DNA of 64,000 nt from the NCBI GenBank assembly GCA_028824555.1, contig JAPPDJ010000033.1:25372-89371 (forward strand). Direction: 5' to 3'. Shown here in pieces: positions 29,671-39,351 of this stretch (positions within the stretch are counted from its first letter, which is position 1; every line of letters starts with the position of its first letter). The notes under the pieces were generated by a model that was not told the DNA's origin, did not search any database, and saw only the letters and a program-made list of their open reading frames with translations. Source of the stretch: Gammaproteobacteria bacterium. Lineage in GTDB: Bacteria > Pseudomonadota > Gammaproteobacteria > Pseudomonadales > Azotimanducaceae. The position numbers and the translations under genes are program-made.

Positions 29671-29970
29671 ATGCGCTTCGCCATCGGCCAGATTGTCGAA
29701 CACAACCGCTTCCCCTACCGAGGCGTGGTGTTCGGCGCAGACGAAGTGTTCTCGCTGTCGGAGGAATGGTACGACGCGGTGGCCCGCAGTCGACCGCCCA
29801 GGGATCGTCCGTGGTATCACGTCTTGGTGGACGGCGATGCCCACACCACCTACGTCGCCGAACGGCACTTGGAACCAAGCGAGGACCACACGCAAATCGA
29901 TCACCCCCTCTTGGGCCGGTTCTTCAACCGCTACGACGGCGAGCGCTACCACCCTCGCGAGGGCGCCTAG
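29671..29970 (+). CDS. hspQ: Heat-shock protein HspQ (YccV domain)
   Basis: ATG 29671. FAIGQIVEHNRFPYRGVV...PWYHVLVDGDAHTTYVAERHL. Confidence 0.8.
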   Translation: MRFAIGQIVEHNRFPYRGVVFGADEVFSLSEEWYDAVARSRPPRDRPWYHVLVDGDAHTTYVAERHLEPSEDHTQIDHPLLGRFFNRYDGERYHPREGA

Positions 29971-29988
29971 CCCCTCGGGGGACGTGCC

Positions 29989-31767
29989 CTACAAAGATGC
30001 CGGCTCGAACTCCTCTTCCGGCAGTGCCATCAAGCTCTCGCCTCCGGCGGTGGCAGCCGTGAGATGGGCATCGGCGCGCGGCAGGATGTGCTCCACGTAG
30101 AACTCAGCCGTCGTCAGCTTCGCTTCAAGAAACGACCGGTCCGGGTCGCCGGCCGCGAGGCGCGCCTTCGCCACAAGCGCCGCCCGCAGCACTTGCTGGG
30201 CACCAGCCACCACCCCACAGAGCATCAGCAGGTTGTATGCAGCGGCACCAGCATTGACAAGATCGTTGCCGGCATTGGCAAGCAGCCAGTCCAATCCTTG
30301 TTCCATGCGCTCGACACCTCCGCGGTAGGCCGACAGCAAGTCCGGCAATTCCGTGGCCAGCTGGTCCTCCATCGCCCGCATTTCGTCGACAAGCACCCGA
30401 AGCGCCTGGCCGCGGTCGCGCAGGACCTTGCGACCAACGAAGTCCATCGCCTGGATGCCGGTGGTTCCTTCGTAGATGGTGGTGATGCGGGCATCGCGAT
30501 AGTGCTGCGCGGCGCCGGTCTCCTCGACGAAGCCCATGCCGCCGAACACCTGCAGCGCCGTGGAGGCGATCTGCTGTCCCGTTTCCGTGATCCACGCCTT
30601 GATGACGGGGGTCAAGAGATCGATGCGAGCCTGGTGGTAGGCCCGTTCGTCGCCACTTGCACGGACGGCACGGTCCAGATGCGATGCACCGACATAGCCC
30701 ACGGCGCGCATGGCCTCGATCTGCGCCTTCATCTCCATCAACATGCGCCGCACATCCGGGTGGTGGATGATGGTCACCGAACCCTCCGAGCCCGGCGCCG
30801 CCCCCTGCACGCGCTCTCGGGCATAGGCAACCGCGTCCTGATATGCCCGCTCGGCGATGGAAAGTCCCTGCAATCCCACCCGCACGCGGGCGTCGTTCAT
30901 CATGGTGAACATGCAGGCCAGGCCCTGGTGCGGGCCACCGACCAAGTAGCCCACGGCATCGTCGTATTCCATCACGCAGGTGGGACTGCCGTGGATGCCG
31001 AGCTTGCCTTCGAGGGACACGGCACGAACCCTGTTGCCCTCACCTAGGCTGCCGTCCTCCTGCACCAGCACCTTCGGCACGAGGAACAGCGAAATGCCCC
31101 GCACTCCGGGAGGCGCATCGGGAAGGCGAGCGAGCACGAGGTGGATGATGTTGTCCGCCATGTCGTGATCGCCATAGGTGATGAAGATCTTCTGGCCCCG
31201 GATGCAGTAATGGTTGCCCTGGGGCGTTGCCGTGGCACGCAGGAGGCCAAGGTCGGAGCCCGCCTGCGGCTCGGTGAGATTCATCGTGCCGGTCCAGACA
31301 CCGCTTACCATGTTTGGCAGGTAGCGGCGCTTCAGTTCGTCCGAGGCGTGACTCGTGATGGCTCGAACCGCGCCCTCGGCAAGCAACGGACAGTTGGACC
31401 AAGCGAGGTTTGCCGACTGCCACAGCTCGCCGGTGGCGATGGCGAGCAGCATCGGCAACTGCTGGCCGCCGTACTCCTCGGCGAAGGACAACGCCGGCCA
31501 GCCACCGTCGCGGAACTGATCGAAGGCGTCGGCAAAGCCGGGCGGCACGCGCACCTCGCCGTCCTCGATTCGCGCACCAGCCCGATCACCAACGGCATTC
31601 GTGGGCGCAATGACCTCCTCCGCGAAGCGTGCGGCCTCGCGCAAGGCAGCACGAACAAGGTCCGGCGTCGCCTCCTCGTAGCCGGGCAAGGAGTTGATCT
31701 CGCGCCACGGCACGAGTTCCTCAAGCACGAACCAGATGTCCTTGGTGGGTGCGCGATAGCCGGCCAC
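29989..31767 (-). CDS. Large acyl-CoA dehydrogenase (FadE-like, extended C-terminus)
   Basis: GTG 31767 after GGAGG. YRAPTKDIWFVLEEL N-terminus and IYEGTTGIQAMD motif. Confidence 0.85.
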   Translation of the reverse strand: MAGYRAPTKDIWFVLEELVPWREINSLPGYEEATPDLVRAALREAARFAEEVIAPTNAVGDRAGARIEDGEVRVPPGFADAFDQFRDGGWPALSFAEEYGGQQLPMLLAIATGELWQSANLAWSNCPLLAEGAVRAITSHASDELKRRYLPNMVSGVWTGTMNLTEPQAGSDLGLLRATATPQGNHYCIRGQKIFITYGDHDMADNIIHLVLARLPDAPPGVRGISLFLVPKVLVQEDGSLGEGNRVRAVSLEGKLGIHGSPTCVMEYDDAVGYLVGGPHQGLACMFTMMNDARVRVGLQGLSIAERAYQDAVAYARERVQGAAPGSEGSVTIIHHPDVRRMLMEMKAQIEAMRAVGYVGASHLDRAVRASGDERAYHQARIDLLTPVIKAWITETGQQIASTALQVFGGMGFVEETGAAQHYRDARITTIYEGTTGIQAMDFVGRKVLRDRGQALRVLVDEMRAMEDQLATELPDLLSAYRGGVERMEQGLDWLLANAGNDLVNAGAAAYNLLMLCGVVAGAQQVLRAALVAKARLAAGDPDRSFLEAKLTTAEFYVEHILPRADAHLTAATAGGESLMALPEEEFEPASL

Positions 31768-31861
31768 ATTGCCTCCGGAGACGGTTGGTCGCGGCAGTGT
31801 ACCCGCACGCCCCAGCAAGCTCCTAGAATGCGCGCCTTCAGCCACATCCTAGGAGGGACGA

Positions 31862-32476
31862 ATGACCGTTTGCGTCGAGTTTCATTTCGACTTCGGCAGC
31901 CCCAATGCCTACCTGTCGCACTTGGTGATCCCCGACATCGAGGAGCGCGCCGGCGTCACCTTCGAGTATGTGCCGGTGCTCTTGGGCGGTGTTTTCAAGG
32001 CCACGGGCAATGTCTCGCCAGCGGTCTCCTTGCAGGGCATCAAGAACAAGCCCGAGTACCAGCGCCTCGAAACCGAGCGTTTCGTAAGGCAGCACGGCAT
32101 CACCGCCTATCACAGCAATCCGCACTTTCCCGTCAACACCTTGCAGATCATGCGTGGCGCGGTGTATGCCCGCCGAGCTGGCTTCTTCGAGCGCTATGTG
32201 GATGCGGTGTATCGGCACATGTGGGCCGAGGGTCGCAAAATGGACGATGCCGACGTGATCGCCGCGGCCTTGGCCGAGTCGGACCTTCCTGCCGCCGACA
32301 TCCTGGCCGGCATTCAGGACCCGGACGTGAAGGCCGAACTCATCGCCAACACGGAAGGCTCGGTGGCGCGCGGCGTCTTCGGCTCGCCGAGCTTCCTGGT
32401 TGGCGACGAGCTCTATTTCGGCAAGGACCGTCTGCGCGAGGTGGAGGACGAGATCGAGCGACAGAAGATGGGGTGA
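31862..32476 (+). CDS. 2-hydroxychromene-2-carboxylate isomerase-family (DsbA-like) protein
   Basis: FHFDFGSPNAYL N-terminus. C-terminal FGSPSFLVGDELYFGKDRL. Confidence 0.8.
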   Translation: MTVCVEFHFDFGSPNAYLSHLVIPDIEERAGVTFEYVPVLLGGVFKATGNVSPAVSLQGIKNKPEYQRLETERFVRQHGITAYHSNPHFPVNTLQIMRGAVYARRAGFFERYVDAVYRHMWAEGRKMDDADVIAAALAESDLPAADILAGIQDPDVKAELIANTEGSVARGVFGSPSFLVGDELYFGKDRLREVEDEIERQKMG

Positions 32477-32486
32477 ATGCGCGTCC

Positions 32487-33278
32487 TCAGTCCTCTCGGC
32501 GCCGCCGCTCGCGCGTGATGCCGTACTCGGAGCCCGCGACCGACTCGACGAAGCAGGCGACTTCCTTGAAGCGGGCTGCGGCTTCGGCCAGTTCCTCCAG
32601 TGCCTTGGCAACCGGCAGGCCGCGGCGATACACCGTGTTGTAGGCGTCCTTCAATGCGTCGCGCACTTCGGCGCCCAGTCCCATGCGCCGCATGCGTTCG
32701 ACGTTGAGGCCGGTGGCGCCGGCCGGATTGCCGTTGACCGAGACGAACGCCGGCACATCCTTCACCACAAGGCTCATGGCGCCGATGAAGGAGTAGGCGC
32801 CGACGCTGCGAAACTGCGGCACGCCGACATAGCCGGAAAGCACCGCCTCGTCGCCAATGGCCACGTGCCCCGCCGCCGAGGCGTTGTTGGCCATGACGAT
32901 GCGGTCGCCAAGCACGCAGTCGTGGCCGACATGGACGTAGGCCATGAGCAGGTTGTCGTTGCCGATGACCGTGCGACCGCGGTCCGTGGCAAGCCCGCGA
33001 TGGATCGTGACGCCCTCCCGGATGGTGTTGTTGTCGCCGATTTCGAGCACCGTCGGCTCGCCGTGATAGGCGAAGGCGGGGGGACCCTCTCCCACAGTCG
33101 CGAACTGATAGATGCGATTGCCGCTGCCGATCTCAGTGGGGCCCTTCAGCACGACGTGGGGGCCAATCTCGCAGTCGTCGCCAATCACCACGTCCGGACC
33201 AATGATGGACCATGGACCCACCGATACATTGGCGCCGAGTTCCGCACCGGGATCGATGATCGCGCGGGCGTCGATCAC
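32487..33278 (-). CDS. lpxA: Acyl-ACP--UDP-GlcNAc O-acyltransferase
   Basis: Hexapeptide repeats. Conserved position after fabZ, with a 4-nt overlap. Confidence 0.9.
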   Translation of the reverse strand: MIDARAIIDPGAELGANVSVGPWSIIGPDVVIGDDCEIGPHVVLKGPTEIGSGNRIYQFATVGEGPPAFAYHGEPTVLEIGDNNTIREGVTIHRGLATDRGRTVIGNDNLLMAYVHVGHDCVLGDRIVMANNASAAGHVAIGDEAVLSGYVGVPQFRSVGAYSFIGAMSLVVKDVPAFVSVNGNPAGATGLNVERMRRMGLGAEVRDALKDAYNTVYRRGLPVAKALEELAEAAARFKEVACFVESVAGSEYGITRERRRRED

Positions 33279-33730
33279 AACGACACCTTGCGTTCAACGC
33301 AAAGCAAGCGCGCCGAGCAGGCCACCTCACCGTCCACCTTGGACTCGCAGTCGAACTTCATCATCTGCCGTCGAGCCCCGGTGATGACGCCGGACAGCAT
33401 CAAGGTGTCGCCGGGCCGCACCGGACGCTTGAAGCGCACGTCGTTGAGGCCGGCGAGATAGTGCAGGTATCCCTGGTCGGGACGATTGCCTCGCGTCTTG
33501 AATGCGAGAACCCCGCAAAGCTGCGCCATCGCCTCCACCAACAGCACGCCCGGCATGATGGGATGCCCGGGGAAATGGCCGGCAAAGAACGGTTCGTTGA
33601 TGGAGACGTTCTTGCGCCCGGCGATGCGCTCGCCGGGCACCAACTCGTCCACCCTGTCCACCAGCAGAAACGGATAGCGGTGCGGCAGATACTCGAGTAT
33701 GGCGTCAATGTCCATCTGCATGGCGTCCAT
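33275..33730 (-). CDS. fabZ: 3-hydroxyacyl-ACP dehydratase
   Basis: LPHRYPFLLVDRV and FFAGHFPGHPIMPGVL. Confidence 0.92.
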   Translation of the reverse strand: MDAMQMDIDAILEYLPHRYPFLLVDRVDELVPGERIAGRKNVSINEPFFAGHFPGHPIMPGVLLVEAMAQLCGVLAFKTRGNRPDQGYLHYLAGLNDVRFKRPVRPGDTLMLSGVITGARRQMMKFDCESKVDGEVACSARLLCVERKVSL

Positions 33731-33752
33731 CCTTCGTCAGACGTGCCCCGCT

Positions 33753-33875
33753 CTAGCGAGGGGCCTCTCGCGCTCCCCCCCGCCGAGGGCCACTCTCGCG
33801 AGGGGAGGCCCCTCCCTCCCGCTGAAGGCCACTCTCGCGAGGGGAGGCCCCTCGCGCTCCCCCACGCTGAAGGCT
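33753..33875. repeat. Three tandem 39-42 bp palindrome-containing units (REP-like)
   Basis: GGCCACTCTCGCGAGGGGAGGCCCCT occurs at 33788 and 33827 (39-nt period). The unit contains the hairpin CGCGAGGGG-AGG-CCCCTCGCG. A degenerate third unit is at 33753-33794. Confidence 0.65.
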
Positions 33876-34898
33876 CTCAAGCCGCGAAACCCGTCGCGCA
33901 AGACCGTCAAGGTCCTGGAACCGAATTGCATTGCGCTTCCAGCGCGAGGTCAGATTATGGAGGGTTCCGCTCGAATAGACACCGGGCTCGGTGATGGATT
34001 GGGTGATGGTCGTCACCACGCTCACCATCACGTTGTCGCAGATTTCGATGGGCGCAGCGCCACCCACACCAGCCCCGCCAGCAAACACGCAATGGCGGCC
34101 GATCTTGGTGCTGCCGACGATCCCCACGCAGCCACAGATGAGGGTGTGGTCGCCAATTTCGCAGTTGTGGCCGATCTGCACGAGGTTGTCGATCTTGACG
34201 CCGTTGCCGATGATCGTGTCCTGCAGGGCGCCGCGGTCGATGGCGGTGTTGGCGCCGATGCTGACGTCGTCGCCGATGACGACGCCGCCAAGCTGGGCAA
34301 TGGCCTGCCAGCGACCGTCTGCATGGGGCGTGAAGCCGAAACCGTCCGCGCCGATCACGGCACCGCTGTGGACAACGCAGCGCTCGCCAACGCGCACGTC
34401 GTGGTGGACGGTGGCGCGAGGCCTGATGTCGCCGCCAGCGCCAATGATGCAGCGTTCGCCTACCAGCGCGCCCTGGCCGATCTGCACGCCCGCCCCTAGG
34501 GCGGCGCCGGCACCGATGGTCGCGAATGCACCGATGCGCACATCGGGATGGATGTCCGCCTCCGGGTGAACCTCTGCGCGAGGATCGATACCCGGCTCGA
34601 GTTCGGGCCTCTGCTCGAAGAGCTGCGAAGCCACCGCGAAGGCCAGATACGGATTGTCGACGACCACTGCGACACACGGGCAGTCCTCGGCATCGCCCTC
34701 GCCGAGCAACACGGCAGACGCACCGGTGTCGGCAAGATGCCGACGATAGGCCGGACTCGAGAGGTGCGTGATCTCGCCCTCGCCCGCGCGATCGATGGGA
34801 GCGATTCCCCGAATGGCAATGTCGCCGTCGCCGCGAACTACCACCTCAGCGCCGATTTGCTGCCTCAGGGTCTCGGCGATAGACGCCAGGGACCGCAC
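33753..34898 (-). CDS. lpxD: UDP-3-O-acylglucosamine N-acyltransferase with a repeat-encoded C-terminal extension
   Basis: Hexapeptide repeats, GTG start 34898. The body appears to end near ...[11 protein letters not shown]. It is followed by about 38 repeat-derived residues ([27 protein letters not shown]...). Confidence 0.9.
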   Translation of the reverse strand: MRSLASIAETLRQQIGAEVVVRGDGDIAIRGIAPIDRAGEGEITHLSSPAYRRHLADTGASAVLLGEGDAEDCPCVAVVVDNPYLAFAVASQLFEQRPELEPGIDPRAEVHPEADIHPDVRIGAFATIGAGAALGAGVQIGQGALVGERCIIGAGGDIRPRATVHHDVRVGERCVVHSGAVIGADGFGFTPHADGRWQAIAQLGGVVIGDDVSIGANTAIDRGALQDTIIGNGVKIDNLVQIGHNCEIGDHTLICGCVGIVGSTKIGRHCVFAGGAGVGGAAPIEICDNVMVSVVTTITQSITEPGVYSSGTLHNLTSRWKRNAIRFQDLDGLARRVSRLESLQRGGARGASPRESGLQREGGASPRESGPRRGGAREAPR

Positions 34899-34900
34899 GA

Positions 34901-35407
34901 TCAGCGCTTCTCGTTGAGCTTCTCGGTCACCTTGGCGGTGATGTCGTGCTTGGGATTGACGTAGAGGAACGCGCCCTTCTCCATCACGAAGTCGTAGCCC
35001 TCGATCTTGATGAGATCGTCAAGCACCGCCCGCACCTTCGGCAACATGGTGCGCTGCAGGTCTTCCTGCTTGTCCTGCAACGACTTCTGGAGTCGCTGCG
35101 CGTCCGCCTCGAGGTCGAACTGCTTGTCCTGGATCTCTCGGGCGATGGCGCGACGCTCGTCTTCGCTCATCACGTCGGCCTCGTTCTGCGCCCGTTCCTG
35201 CAGCGCCTGGATTTCGGCTTGCAGCCCTTGCAGCCGCTCCTGCTCCGGCTCGAGATCCTTGCGGATCACCTCGATGGCCTCGGTCGCCTCCTCGCTCTGC
35301 GCCACCGCGCCGGCCGTGTCGAGCACGGCCACCTTGAGCTCGGCTACGGCGATCGGCGCGACCAGCCCCAACATGACAGCCGCCAAGGCGGCGATTCTCT
35401 TCGCCAT
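34901..35407 (-). CDS. skp: Periplasmic chaperone Skp (OmpH)
   Basis: Signal peptide plus a coiled-coil-rich 168 aa, between bamA and lpxD. Confidence 0.85.
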   Translation of the reverse strand: MAKRIAALAAVMLGLVAPIAVAELKVAVLDTAGAVAQSEEATEAIEVIRKDLEPEQERLQGLQAEIQALQERAQNEADVMSEDERRAIAREIQDKQFDLEADAQRLQKSLQDKQEDLQRTMLPKVRAVLDDLIKIEGYDFVMEKGAFLYVNPKHDITAKVTEKLNEKR

Positions 35408-35513
35408 GGTTTCTCCAAGTGTGTGTTGCCGGCTAGGCCAGCAAGAGCCGCAAAGCGCGGCATTTTACTGCTTTCTTGCTGCCTTCGCCGCCGCTTTCGC
35501 CACGGCGATAGCG

Positions 35514-37847
35514 CTAGAAATTGTGCCCCATCTCGAAGGAAAAGCGCTCTTCCTCGTCGCCGGGCTTGGAGTTGAGCGGCAGCGTCATGGCGAACGTCAT
35601 CGGCCCCATGCCGGTGATCCATTGCACGGCAAGGCCGGTGGTGACGCGAATTTCGTCCGGGGTGAAGTCGAAGCAGTTGACGCTTGTGGTTGGGCAGTTG
35701 CTGTTGAAGACGTTGCCGGCGTCGACGAAGAACATGGGGCGGGCGAGCCCCGAGTCGATGAAGGGCATTGGGAAGATGAGCTCGGCCGAGGTCTCGATCA
35801 GCATGTTGCCGCCGATGGGGTCGCCGTCAGGGCGGTAGAAGAAGCTGCCGGAAATCGGCGTGGTGCGGGGGCCGAGCGTGCTGTTCTCGTAGCCGCGAAT
35901 GGAGCCGTGGCCACCGGCGTAGTAGTGCTCGTAGAAGGGGTACGTCTCGGAGTCGCCGAAGGTGTTGCCGTAGCCGAGCTGCGTGCGCAGGTGCAGCGTC
36001 AACGGGTTGAAGAGCGGGATGTACACCTGGCCGTTGTAGGTGACGCGGTAGAACTCGAGGTCGCTGCCGGGAACGGCGAGTTCCGCGATCAGCCGCTGCG
36101 CCGTACCTCGGCTTGGGAACATCAGGCGGTTGAGCGTGGTGCGGCTCCAGGTGCCTTCGAGCTTGTAGTTGACGAACGTGTCGCCCTCCGCCTGGATGAA
36201 CTCCGAGATTTCGCCAGCGGCGAAGCGGCCTTCGCGAATGTGCGTGTATTCCGCTCTCGCGCCGATGGCAAGGCGCCGCGTTTCGCCGATAGGGAAGCCG
36301 AAGTTCACACCCATCCCCACGGCATCGGTGGCGTAGCGGGCGATGTTGCGGGCGTGGTAGTCGGTTTCGCGGGCGAAGATGTTGAAGCCCCGACTGATGC
36401 CGTCCATGGTGTAGTAGGGGTCGCGGTAGCTGAAGTTGGCGGCTTTCTGGTAGTCGCTGAAGCTCACCGAGACGCCAACGCTGTTGCCGCTGCCGCCGAC
36501 GTTCTCCTGCATGTAGCTGCCGCCGATGATGAGGCCGGAGTATTCGGCGTAGCCGAGAGTGGCGGAAATGCTGCCGGTGGGGATTTCCTCGACGGTGAAG
36601 TCCACGTCGACCTGATCGTCTGTGCCGGGCACGGCCGGCGTCTCGACATTTACGTTCTCGAAGAAGCCGAGGCGGTCGAGTCGCACTTTGGACAGGTCAA
36701 TCATCTGCGTCGAGGCCCAACCGCCCTCCATCTGCCGAAGCTCGCGCCGGAGCACATGGTCTTCGGTCATGGCGTTGCCGGCAAAGGTGATGCGGCGGAC
36801 GTAAGCGCGCTTGCCGGCGTCGACGATGAACTTGACGTCGACGATGCCGCCCTCCTTCACCTCCGGCACGCCGCTCGCGCTCGCGAATGTGTAGCCGGCG
36901 TTGCCGAAGGCGGCGCCGATGCGCTCTTCGGTGGCGGTGACGAGGGCACGGGAAAACTGTTGCCCTTCGCGCACGAGGAACATGCTCTCCACCTGTTCTG
37001 GCTTGACGTCGGACAGTTCGCCAATGAGGCTCACGTCGCCGACCGTGTAGCGGTCGCCTTCCTTGACGTTGATGGTGACGTACACGGAGCGCTTGTCCGG
37101 CGCCACGCTCACCTGCGTCGAGAGGGGGCGGAACTCGACGAAGCCGCGGTCCTGGTACCACGACTCCAGCTTCTCCATGTCGCCCTGGAGCTTCTCGCGG
37201 GAGTAGCGGTCCTTGCCGCCGATGAAGGAGAACCAGGTCGGGTGCTTGAGTTCGAGCGCTTCGAGCAACTCCGACTGCTCGAACTGAGTCACCCCGACGA
37301 TGTTGATGTGCCGCACGCCCGAGCTCTTGCCCTCATCGATCTCGATCTTGATCCCCACCCGATTGCGCGGCAGTTCCTTCACCTCGGTTTCGATGCCGGC
37401 GTCGTAGCGACCCTGGGCGATGTACTGCTGACGCAGGCCAATGCCCACCAGCTCGAGGGTCGCCTGCTTGAATATCTCGCCCTCGCGCAGCCCCTGTTCG
37501 GCGAGACCCTCGAGCAGGTCTTCGCTCTTGATGGCCTTGTTGCCTTCGAGTTGGATGGACTCGATGGCCGGGCGCTCCTCAAACTTGACCACGAGCACGT
37601 CGCCGTCGCGGAGCATCTGGATGTCGTCGAAATAGCCGGACTCGAACAGCGAACGGGTGAGCTGCCGCAGCGTGAAGCCGTCGAGGTCGTCGCCGACGTT
37701 CACCGGCAGCAGGTTGAACACCGTGCCGGAGGAGACCCGCTGCAACCCTTGCAGGCGGATGTCGGCAACCCGAAACGACTCTTGGGCGGCCACTGCGGTA
37801 GCGAGGCCCGCGAGCAAGGCGGCGGCGAAAAATCGGCGTGGGTTCAT
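35514..37847 (-). CDS. bamA: Outer membrane protein assembly factor BamA
   Basis: 777 aa. Signal peptide, POTRA repeats, C-terminal beta-barrel ending ...FSFEMGHNF. Confidence 0.95.
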   Translation of the reverse strand: MNPRRFFAAALLAGLATAVAAQESFRVADIRLQGLQRVSSGTVFNLLPVNVGDDLDGFTLRQLTRSLFESGYFDDIQMLRDGDVLVVKFEERPAIESIQLEGNKAIKSEDLLEGLAEQGLREGEIFKQATLELVGIGLRQQYIAQGRYDAGIETEVKELPRNRVGIKIEIDEGKSSGVRHINIVGVTQFEQSELLEALELKHPTWFSFIGGKDRYSREKLQGDMEKLESWYQDRGFVEFRPLSTQVSVAPDKRSVYVTINVKEGDRYTVGDVSLIGELSDVKPEQVESMFLVREGQQFSRALVTATEERIGAAFGNAGYTFASASGVPEVKEGGIVDVKFIVDAGKRAYVRRITFAGNAMTEDHVLRRELRQMEGGWASTQMIDLSKVRLDRLGFFENVNVETPAVPGTDDQVDVDFTVEEIPTGSISATLGYAEYSGLIIGGSYMQENVGGSGNSVGVSVSFSDYQKAANFSYRDPYYTMDGISRGFNIFARETDYHARNIARYATDAVGMGVNFGFPIGETRRLAIGARAEYTHIREGRFAAGEISEFIQAEGDTFVNYKLEGTWSRTTLNRLMFPSRGTAQRLIAELAVPGSDLEFYRVTYNGQVYIPLFNPLTLHLRTQLGYGNTFGDSETYPFYEHYYAGGHGSIRGYENSTLGPRTTPISGSFFYRPDGDPIGGNMLIETSAELIFPMPFIDSGLARPMFFVDAGNVFNSNCPTTSVNCFDFTPDEIRVTTGLAVQWITGMGPMTFAMTLPLNSKPGDEEERFSFEMGHNF

Positions 37848-37859
37848 CTGTCGTCCCTT

Positions 37860-39203
37860 TTAGCCCGTGATGTACCGAGTGATGTCGTTGTAGAACGCGA
37901 GCAGCATGAGGCACACCACAAGGCCAATGCCCACCTGATTGCCCAGCGCCTGCACCCGTGCCGACACCGGCCGCCGACGCACGATCTCCGCGGCACAGAA
38001 CACGATCTGGCCACCGTCGAGCACCGGAATCGGCAACAGGTTGATGATGCCGAGGCTGATGGAGAGCAGCGCCAAGAGGCCAAGATAGTGCTCCCATCCA
38101 GCGCGGGCGAAGTCTCCCGCCACGTCGGCGATGGTGATGGGGCCAGAGATGTTGCGGTGGGACACGGCGAGCGTGAGCATCTTGCGCACGATGTCCACCG
38201 TCATCGCGGTGTTGTTCCATGTATCGGCCAAGGCGTCAGGGACGGCGGCCCACGGCGTCTGCCGTACCAACCGGGTCGGCACGCGGGCAAGAACGCCGAC
38301 CCGGCCCGTGCCGTCGGCAGTCCGCTCGGGCGTCAGCTGCAGCGGCAAGGCCCTGCCATCGCGTTCGACCGTAATGGCAAGGGCGCGTTCGGGGCTGCCC
38401 TGAACGGCCTTACGGAAGTCATCCCACAAGGACGCCGGGGCACCGTTGATGTAGGTGATGCGATCGCCGGGTTCGAGGCCGGCGGCTTCCGCTGGCGAGC
38501 CTTCCTGCACTTCGCCGATCAAGGCCGGATGGTCGAGACCGAAGCCGAGGGAAAGGAACGGGTTGGGGTCGTCGTCGCCGGTATGCCACGACTCGATGGG
38601 CAGCGACCATGCGCGTTCCATGCCGCGCGAGCGCCCCGTGATCTCGATGTGGCCCGTTTCGCCCAGACGGCTGCCAAGCGCCAGCCCCACATCCGTCACC
38701 GATGCGACCTCACGACCGTCGATGGCAAGGATCTCTTCGCCGCCGACAAGCCCCGCCTCGGCCGCTGGCGAATCGGCAACCACCTTGCCCACATGCGGCA
38801 CCACCACCGTAGCGCCGATCACGAGCACGAGCCAATACGCAACAAAGGCGAGCACGAGGTTTGCGAACGGGCCACCCAGCAGAATGGCAATGCGCCGCCA
38901 CGGATCCAGGCCGTCGTAGGTGCGCCCCTTGAGCTCCTCGCGCTCCTCGGCATCAAGCCCCTCTAACTGCGAACTCTCCAGCATCCGGACGTAGCCGCCA
39001 AGCGGAATGCAGGCAATCCGACACTCGGTCTCCCGCCAACGCCAGCGCGCAATCGCCGGCCCGAAACCCACGGAAAACTGCAGGATGTAAAGCCCGAACC
39101 GCCGCGCCACGAAGTAATGACCCAACTCGTGCGACGTCACCAGCACGGCGATGATCACCACAAACCAGAAGGCGCCGGAGATGAGGCTAAGCAAGAGTTC
39201 CAC
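37860..39203 (-). CDS. rseP: RIP zinc metalloprotease RseP
   Basis: HELGHYFVAR, PDZ region, NLLPIPVLDGG. GTG 39203 preferred over 39239. Confidence 0.9.
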   Translation of the reverse strand: MELLLSLISGAFWFVVIIAVLVTSHELGHYFVARRFGLYILQFSVGFGPAIARWRWRETECRIACIPLGGYVRMLESSQLEGLDAEEREELKGRTYDGLDPWRRIAILLGGPFANLVLAFVAYWLVLVIGATVVVPHVGKVVADSPAAEAGLVGGEEILAIDGREVASVTDVGLALGSRLGETGHIEITGRSRGMERAWSLPIESWHTGDDDPNPFLSLGFGLDHPALIGEVQEGSPAEAAGLEPGDRITYINGAPASLWDDFRKAVQGSPERALAITVERDGRALPLQLTPERTADGTGRVGVLARVPTRLVRQTPWAAVPDALADTWNNTAMTVDIVRKMLTLAVSHRNISGPITIADVAGDFARAGWEHYLGLLALLSISLGIINLLPIPVLDGGQIVFCAAEIVRRRPVSARVQALGNQVGIGLVVCLMLLAFYNDITRYITG

Positions 39204-39351
39204 AGACAGTTCCCGTCGTTTTCCTGGGCTTGGACACAAGCCAAGCAGGTTGGTTCGCCATGCCGCAAGGACTCGCCACCGCCCGACGCGCTACACCGGG
39301 CCTCGCTGCCGGAAGGGGCATCGGAGCCTCCCGACGCACCTGAGGGCGCCT

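Noticed and set aside
33753-33875. Possible mini-CRISPR array
   Set aside because: There are only three directly abutting units with no unique spacers, no cas genes, and internal perfect palindromes. This fits REP-like tandem repeats better.
35007-38966. 1319-aa plus-strand ORF
   Set aside because: It lies antisense to bamA and rseP, which carry clear family motifs. The translation is low-complexity (A/G/R/V/D/E-rich), typical of a GC-driven shadow frame.
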